A program made the translations under genes and the position numbers. 64,000 bases of DNA from an uncultured delta proteobacterium (GTDB lineage Bacteria > Desulfobacterota > Binatia > Binatales > Binataceae), in NCBI GenBank assembly GCA_963749215.1, contig CAVVMA010000012.1, positions 281,629 to 345,628 of the forward strand. The letters are read 5' to 3'. Below the pieces are notes generated by a model that saw only the letters and a program-made list of their open reading frames with translations, did not search any database and was not told the origin of the DNA. Of this stretch, positions 56,939 to 64,000 are shown in pieces (the stretch's first letter is position 1; each line of letters starts with the position of its first letter).

Positions 56939-58141
56939 TTGCTGCCCGAACTCTTTCGCCGGTTTCTTGCACAGACCTCGGATTCTCCGCTCGGGCTCGA
57001 AATCGTTCGCGCGGAGGGTTCGTGGCTCTACGCCGCCGGCGGCGAGCGCTACCTCGATTTCATCGCCGGAATCGGCGTCAACCCGCTCGGCCACGGCCAT
57101 CCGGCGGTCCTCAGCGCGATCGAAGCCCAGATGCGCCGCCATCTGCACGTAATGGTTTACGGCGAGTACGTGATCGAAGCGCAGGTCGCACTCGCCCGGC
57201 GCCTCGTCGGCCTGCTGCCGCCGCGCCTTGGCCGCGTGTACTTCACGAACAGCGGCGCCGAGGCGATCGAGGGGGCGCTGAAGGTCGCGCGCAAATTCAC
57301 CGGCCGGCGCGAGTTCGCGGCCTTCGACGGCGCCTACCACGGCGACACGATGGGCGCGCTGGCGTTGTCGGGGAATCCGGCCTTCCGCGCTCCGTTCGAG
57401 CCGCTGCCCGGTCCCGTGCGCCATCTTCCGTATGGCGATTCGTCTGCGCTCGTCGCGATCGATCGCGAAGTCGCCGCGGTCGTGATCGAGCCCGTGCAGG
57501 CGGAAGGCGGCGTCAGGATTCCCGGCGCCGATTTCATGCGGGCGTTGCGCGAGCGATGCGATCGGACCGGCGCGCTGCTCATCTTCGACGAAGTTCTCAC
57601 CGGCTTTGGCCGCACGGGGCGGCTTTTCGCGCTCGAACATTACGGAGTTGCGCCCGATCTGATCGTCCTAGCCAAAGCGCTGGGCGGCGGTTTGCCGCTC
57701 GGCGCATTCTGCGGCGCCACCGAGATTCTGGAAACGCTCGCGCACGATCCGCCGCTCGGCCATATCACGACCTTCGGCGGCCATCCGCTCTCCTGCGCCG
57801 CGGGGCTCGCCGGCCTCGACGTGATCGTCGCGGAGCGGCTCTGGGAGCGTGCGAGCGCCGTCGGCGAAACGATCGTCACCCGGCTTGGACGCCTGGCCGG
57901 CGGCGAGATCGCGGCAATTCGCGGAATCGGCCTGCTGATCGGGATCGAGTTCGCCTCGGCCGCGATCGCGCGTCGCTTCGTCGCCGAGACTATCGCCCGC
58001 AAAGTGGTCGTAAACTGGACGCTGAACGCCGATCGCGTCGTGCGGCTCGCGCCGCCGCTGACGATTCGCGACGACGAGGTCGATTTCGCGCTGGCCGCGA
58101 TGACCGAGGCGCTCGCCGCCGTCCGCAGGGCGAAACCGTGA
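56939..58141 (+). CDS. Class III (acetylornithine/omega-type) PLP aminotransferase
   Basis: YLDFIAGIGVNPLGHGHP, FTNSGAEAIEGALK, IFDEVLTGFGRTG, AKALGGGLPLGA. TTG start, or ATG 56920 if one base is spurious. Confidence 0.85.
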   Translation: MLPELFRRFLAQTSDSPLGLEIVRAEGSWLYAAGGERYLDFIAGIGVNPLGHGHPAVLSAIEAQMRRHLHVMVYGEYVIEAQVALARRLVGLLPPRLGRVYFTNSGAEAIEGALKVARKFTGRREFAAFDGAYHGDTMGALALSGNPAFRAPFEPLPGPVRHLPYGDSSALVAIDREVAAVVIEPVQAEGGVRIPGADFMRALRERCDRTGALLIFDEVLTGFGRTGRLFALEHYGVAPDLIVLAKALGGGLPLGAFCGATEILETLAHDPPLGHITTFGGHPLSCAAGLAGLDVIVAERLWERASAVGETIVTRLGRLAGGEIAAIRGIGLLIGIEFASAAIARRFVAETIARKVVVNWTLNADRVVRLAPPLTIRDDEVDFALAAMTEALAAVRRAKP

Positions 58142-58189
58142 CCAGGCTGCCCAGCAGAGTTCGAAGTTATCGCGCGGCTCAGCGCCGGC

Positions 58190-59107
58190 TTGCGCCCGGG
58201 CCGCCGCGTGATTCTCGGTCCCGGCGACGATTGCGCGATTGTCTCGCCGGGCCGCAAACGCCAACTGATCACGATCGACTCGATGGTCGAAGGGGTTCAC
58301 TTCAAGTTGAAGTGGGGATCGCCGCGGACGCTCGGCGAGCGGGCGCTGGCAGTGAATCTGAGCGACATTGCCGCGATGGGCGGTTATCCGACCGCATGCG
58401 TGGTCAATCTGGCGATCCGGCCCCGGCTGTCGATGGAAGTGATTGACGCGCTTTACGCGGGTCTCAAAGCCGCGGCGAGAAGCGCAGGCGTCGACGTAGT
58501 CGGCGGCAACATAACCGGCGGGTCGCAACTGGCGATAACGATCGCGATGCTCGGCGAGTTGCGCGGCGTGGCGCTCAGGCGCGACGCCGCCCGCGTCGGC
58601 GACGAGATCTACGTCACCGGCACGCTTGGCGACGCCGCCGCCGGATGGCGCATACTGGATGGCAAGCTTGCGGCGTCTCAATCGGATCGGAGGTTTCTGG
58701 TCGCGCGATTTCTCAGACCGACGCCACGCCTGAAGGCGGGCCAGGCGCTGGCCCGAATCCGTCCGGCGCCGGCCGCGATTGATATCAGCGACGGTTTGTT
58801 GCAGGACCTCGGCCATATTCTGGAGCGCAGCGGCGTCGGCGCGGAAATCGATCCCGACGCGGTTCCAATCTCGCACGCGCTCAAATCGGTGATGCGCGGC
58901 GAAATCGAGCTGGCGCTCACCGGCGGCGAGGATTACGAGCTGCTATTCTGCATCCGCCCCGGCTATTCGGAACGCGAGCTGACGCGCCGCCTGGGGGTCG
59001 CGGTGCGGCGAATCGGCAGAATCGTTCGCGGCCGCCCCGAGATTTCATTGGCCGGCGCCGGCCTGCGGCGATTGCCCAAACAGACCGGATTCGATCAACT
59101 CAGGTAG
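58190..59107 (+). CDS. thiL: Thiamine-phosphate kinase
   Basis: GPGDDCAIV, NLSDIAAMGG, DISDGL, GGEDYELLF. The conserved EFEVIARLSAGL lies upstream in the same frame (58157-58192) but has no in-frame start codon. Confidence 0.85.
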   Translation: MRPGRRVILGPGDDCAIVSPGRKRQLITIDSMVEGVHFKLKWGSPRTLGERALAVNLSDIAAMGGYPTACVVNLAIRPRLSMEVIDALYAGLKAAARSAGVDVVGGNITGGSQLAITIAMLGELRGVALRRDAARVGDEIYVTGTLGDAAAGWRILDGKLAASQSDRRFLVARFLRPTPRLKAGQALARIRPAPAAIDISDGLLQDLGHILERSGVGAEIDPDAVPISHALKSVMRGEIELALTGGEDYELLFCIRPGYSERELTRRLGVAVRRIGRIVRGRPEISLAGAGLRRLPKQTGFDQLR

Positions 59108-59134
59108 TGCGAGCGAGGTAATGCGAAAGTGCCG

Positions 59135-60342
59135 ATGCTGACGCAGCTCCTTCCGCCCGTGGTCAGCGCGCTGTTGTTCGTGAGCGCGCTGCTCGCGGCC
59201 TCGGAGACCGCGCTGTTCGCGCTGGTCAGGATGGAGCATACGCGCGGGACGCTGTCGGCGAGCGTCACGCGCGCGCTCGATCGCCTGATGCGCCGCCCGG
59301 TGGAATCGCTGATCGTCGTGATCGGCCTGAACGAGGCGGCCAACGTATGCGCCGAATGTCTCGCCACCACGATGCTGCTGATGTGGCTGGGGCCGATCGG
59401 CGCTTACGTATCCGTGCCGGTGATGTTCATCCTGGTGCTGCTGATCGCCGATATCACGCCCAAGACGCTCGCGCTGGGCTTTCCCGGCGTGGTGGCCCAG
59501 ATCACCGCGCGTCCGCTGGCGTCGCTGGCGGATGTCGTCCATCCACTGACCCGCATCTTTACGCCCAGCGGGCAGGTCCCGCAGCCCGAGGCGGTTTCGG
59601 AGAGCGAGTTCAAGGTGCTTCTGCGGCTTGGCGAGAGCCAGGGACAAGTCGAGCCGGCGGAGCGCGAGATGATCCACAAGGTGTTCGACTTCGGCAATCG
59701 CCGGGTGCTCGAGGTGATGACGCCGCGCGACCGGATCTTCTGCCTCGATATCGATACCCCCGGCGAACGGCTGGCGGCGGAGGTTGCTCACGGCCACTTT
59801 TCGCGCGTGCCCGTCTATCGCCATCGCCGCGACAACATCGTGGGAATCCTGCACGTCAAGGACCTGGTTGCCCGCCGCCTCGAAGCCGGCAGTCCCCGTC
59901 TGGAGCGCCTGGTCCGTCCGCCCTTTTTCGTGCCGGTGCGCAAGCCGCTGGCCGAGTTGTTCGACGAGATGCGCCGCAACCGTATCCAGCTCGCGCTGGT
60001 GGTCGATGAATACGGCCGTTTGCAGGGGCTGGTGACGCTGGAGGATCTGCTCGAAGAACTATTCGGTGAAATCCGCGACGAGTTCGACTTCGAAGGTCCG
60101 GAGCTGAGCAAGGTGGCCGACAACGAATGGCTGGTGTCGGGAGCGATCGAGATGCGCAAGCTCCGGGAGCTCGTCGGCGACGGTCTGCCGGCGGCCGGCG
60201 ACGGCGGGCAGATTCTGTCGAGCCTGGTGCTGCGGCGCCTCAAGCGCGTCCCCCGGCGCGGCGATCGATTCCGGCTCGGCGACCTGGACGCGACGGTCGA
60301 GCGGGTGCGCGGCGCCACCGTCGAAGTGGTGAGGCTCAAGCG

Positions 60343-60346
<4 letters not shown>
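59135..60346 (+). CDS. CNNM/CorC-type hemolysin-family protein (DUF21 + CBS pair + CorC_HlyC)
   Basis: ASETALFAL..., the CBS region VMTPRDRIFCLD...ALVVDEYGRLQGLVTLEDLLEELFGEIRDE, and a C-terminal transporter-associated domain. Confidence 0.85.
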
Positions 60347-61622
<1,276 letters not shown>

Positions 61623-61626
<4 letters not shown>

Positions 61627-62405
61627 CCGAGGAGCGGATCCGCGAGATTCTCGGCCGCGTAGCGTCGCGGCGGATGAGCGCGGATGCGGCGCTCGAATTG
61701 CTGCGCGATCTACCCTTCGAGGATCTCGGCTTCGCCAAGCTCGACCGCCATCGGAGCCTGCGCCGCGGCGTTCCCGAGGTGATCTTCGGCGAAGGGAAGA
61801 GTGCCGCGCAGATCGCGGCGATCGGCGCGCGCGTGGTGGCCTCGGGACAGAACCTGATCGTCACGCGCCTGCCGCCCGACAAGGCCCGCGCCGTCAAGCG
61901 CAGCCTGCGCGCGTTCGACTATCGCGCCGAGGCGCAACTCGGCATGATCGTCAAGCATCCGCTCAAGACCCGCGGCCACGGAACCGTGATGGTGATCAGC
62001 GCCGGGACCTCGGATATCGGGGTCGCCGAGGAAGCCGCGCTGTGCGCCGAGGTCTTCGGCAATCGCGTCGATCGGCTTTACGACGTAGGTGTCGCCGGGC
62101 TCCATCGACTGACCGCGCACCTCGCTTCGATCAAGCTGGCGAGCGTGCTGATCGTGGTCGCCGGGATGGAAGGCGCGCTGCCGTCGGTGGTCGCCGGGAT
62201 GCTCGACAAGCCGGTGATCGCCGTGCCGACCAGCGTCGGATACGGCGCGGCGTTCGGCGGAATCGCGGCGCTGCTCGGGATGCTAAACACCTGTTCGAGT
62301 GGAGTGACGGTGGTGAATATCGACAATGGATTCGGCGCGGCGCTCGCCGCCACCCTGATCAACCGGGTCGGAGATCGGCCGGGCGGGAATTCCGAGGGCG
62401 CGTGA
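61623..62405 (+). CDS. larB: Nickel-pincer cofactor biosynthesis protein LarB (AIR carboxylase-like)
   Basis: [40 protein letters not shown]...[12 protein letters not shown]. Confidence 0.85.
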
Positions 62406-62408
62406 CCG

Positions 62409-63728
62409 ATGGCCAAGCGTGAAATCACCAGCGGGCGCGCGCGGCGCGCGATTCAGATCGGCGAGCTGGCCTCGCAGGTCGGTTCCAGTTACCTCTGGAC
62501 CTCGATTCGCAGGCCGTTCCTTTCCGAGAACGATCGCGATCGCGAGCTGCTCGACGCGCACGTCAAAAACGCCCGCCGCATCGTCGAAAGCTCGACTCAT
62601 CTGCGCGGGGCATTCCTGAAGCTTATCCAGATGCTCTCGATGCGCGAGGACATCCTGCCGACCGAGGCGCTCGACGTTCTCAAGACCACGCGCTCGGGCG
62701 TCCCACCGATGGACTACCCAACTATCGCGGCGCAAATCCGGCGCGAGCTGGGCAGGCGGCCGGAGCATCTGTTCTCGAGCTTCGAGCCGGAGGCTTTCGC
62801 CGCGGCGTCGCTCGGCCAGGTCCATCGCGCGCGGCTCAAGAGCGGCGAGGAAGTCGCGGTCAAGGTCCAGTACCCCGGCGTGGAAGACACCGTCGAGCAG
62901 GATTTGAAGAACGTGAAGCTCCTGCTCAGGACTTTCCAGGGAATCGCGCGCGACCTGATGCGCCAGAAGGTCGATACGCGCGCGCTCTTCAGCGAGCTCC
63001 AGGAGCGGCTCCGGGAGGAGCTCGATTACGTAAACGAGGCGCGTAACATGACGCTCTTCGCCCGCCTGCTCGCCGACGACGATGAGATAATGGTCCCGCG
63101 GGCATTCAAGGAGCTGAGCTCGCGGCGCGTCCTGACCATGAGCTACATCGACGGCTATCAGCTTACCGACGTGCTCTCGCCGGCCACCGACGAAGAACTG
63201 CGCCGATGGGTCGCTTTCAAGTATTACAAACTGGTCTGGCGGCAGATCTTCGAGTTCAGCGTGCTGCATACGGATCCTCATCCGGGCAACTACCTGGTGA
63301 GCTATCATCCGCGGCTCGGGTTTCTCGACTTCGGATCGGTCCGCCGCTTCGGCGAGCCCGTGCGGCAGGCCCATCTGCAATTCGCGCGCGCGCTGCTGGA
63401 GAACGACGCCCGCTCGATCGGCAGCGCGATGGTGAAGCTCGGCTACCTCGATCGCGGCGACGATCCGGCTCCGATGGTCGAGGTCGTGCGAATCCTGTTC
63501 GAGCCGGTGATGGTCGACGGAGTCTTCGATCCGAACCAGTACGATTCGGTTGGGAAGGCCACCGCGGTGGGCGAGATCGCGTTGAAGCACAAGCTCTACA
63601 AATCGCCGTCGCACAGCGTGTTCCTGCTGCGCGCGCTGGTCGGGCTCGAGGGAATCATCCGCGGGCTTGGGATTGCGGCCGACTACCGCTCGATTTTCCG
63701 CGAATGCGTCGAAGCGGTCCCCGCCTGA
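62409..63728 (+). CDS. ABC1/UbiB-family atypical kinase
   Basis: AAASLGQVHRARLKSGEEVAVKVQYPGV and HTDPHPGNYLV. Confidence 0.85.
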   Translation: MAKREITSGRARRAIQIGELASQVGSSYLWTSIRRPFLSENDRDRELLDAHVKNARRIVESSTHLRGAFLKLIQMLSMREDILPTEALDVLKTTRSGVPPMDYPTIAAQIRRELGRRPEHLFSSFEPEAFAAASLGQVHRARLKSGEEVAVKVQYPGVEDTVEQDLKNVKLLLRTFQGIARDLMRQKVDTRALFSELQERLREELDYVNEARNMTLFARLLADDDEIMVPRAFKELSSRRVLTMSYIDGYQLTDVLSPATDEELRRWVAFKYYKLVWRQIFEFSVLHTDPHPGNYLVSYHPRLGFLDFGSVRRFGEPVRQAHLQFARALLENDARSIGSAMVKLGYLDRGDDPAPMVEVVRILFEPVMVDGVFDPNQYDSVGKATAVGEIALKHKLYKSPSHSVFLLRALVGLEGIIRGLGIAADYRSIFRECVEAVPA

Positions 63729-64000
63729 GCGCGCTGCAACTCGGCGCGGAGACCGTCGCCGCCCTCGAGCGCCATCGCGACGCCCGCTTCCGGCGGGTCA
63801 GGAGCCGGCGCGTATCGGGCGAGCAGGCCGCGCTCCGCTTCATCAACGAGGCCGGCTTCTGCGCGGCGTTTACCTGCGGACTCGGCATCCCGTGCCTGCG
63901 CGAGGCGATCGCGGGCGAGCGCGAGCCGGTACTTCCCGAGCATCTGCAGCATGACTACGCGATCGGGATGACCTGGCGGATCAAGGACAGCCTGCCGGCG
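63704..64000 (+). CDS. Hypothetical protein, 3' partial
   Basis: ATG 63704 opens a frame (MRRSGPRLSALQLGAETVAALERH...INEAGFCAAFTCGLGIPCLREAI...) that stays open to the window end. Not in the supplied ORF track because it lacks a stop. Confidence 0.4.
   Translation, partial: MRRSGPRLSALQLGAETVAALERHRDARFRRVRSRRVSGEQAALRFINEAGFCAAFTCGLGIPCLREAIAGEREPVLPEHLQHDYAIGMTWRIKDSLPA

Overview
High-GC bacterial chromosomal segment. Backbone 60-nt lines that I counted by hand reach about 44/60 G+C. It holds roughly 60 protein-coding genes. I found no rRNA, tRNA or CRISPR array by eye. All family calls come from motif recognition in the supplied translations; no database search was run.

Backbone genes:
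- mutL-miaA-accA
- pheA-hisC-tyrA-cmk-rpsA-ihfB
- a ChlI-like AAA+/VWA pair
- an Opp/Dpp-type ABC importer next to TPR and LolB-like lipoproteins
- two GT-C membrane glycosyltransferases
- prkA-yeaH-spoVR
- a luxE-like/luxC-like/aminotransferase/thiL cluster
- tandem CNNM/CorC genes, larB and an ABC1 kinase

Three lower-GC islets (about 27-33/60 G+C in counted lines) interrupt the backbone:
1. About 1.6-5.3 kb: a four-gene cassette of an RHH-fused Dcm methyltransferase, an EcoRII-family restriction endonuclease, Vsr and a SET-domain protein.
2. About 28.4-29.5 kb: a membrane-anchored acidic protein and a VOC protein.
3. About 41.0-42.5 kb: a tightly coupled DUF3467-like / small ORF / Doc toxin operon.

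Other observations:
- A composite palindromic repeat family (CCTCTCCC-loop-GGGAGAGG plus GGGTGAGGG) occurs at three loci. At one locus, 55-bp inverted arms bracket a DUF559 endonuclease gene inserted between prkA and yeaH.
- A 33-bp direct repeat brackets a truncated amidase.
- At least four and possibly six ORF disruptions all require a +1 frame move. This looks more like systematic single-base insertion error than pseudogenisation.
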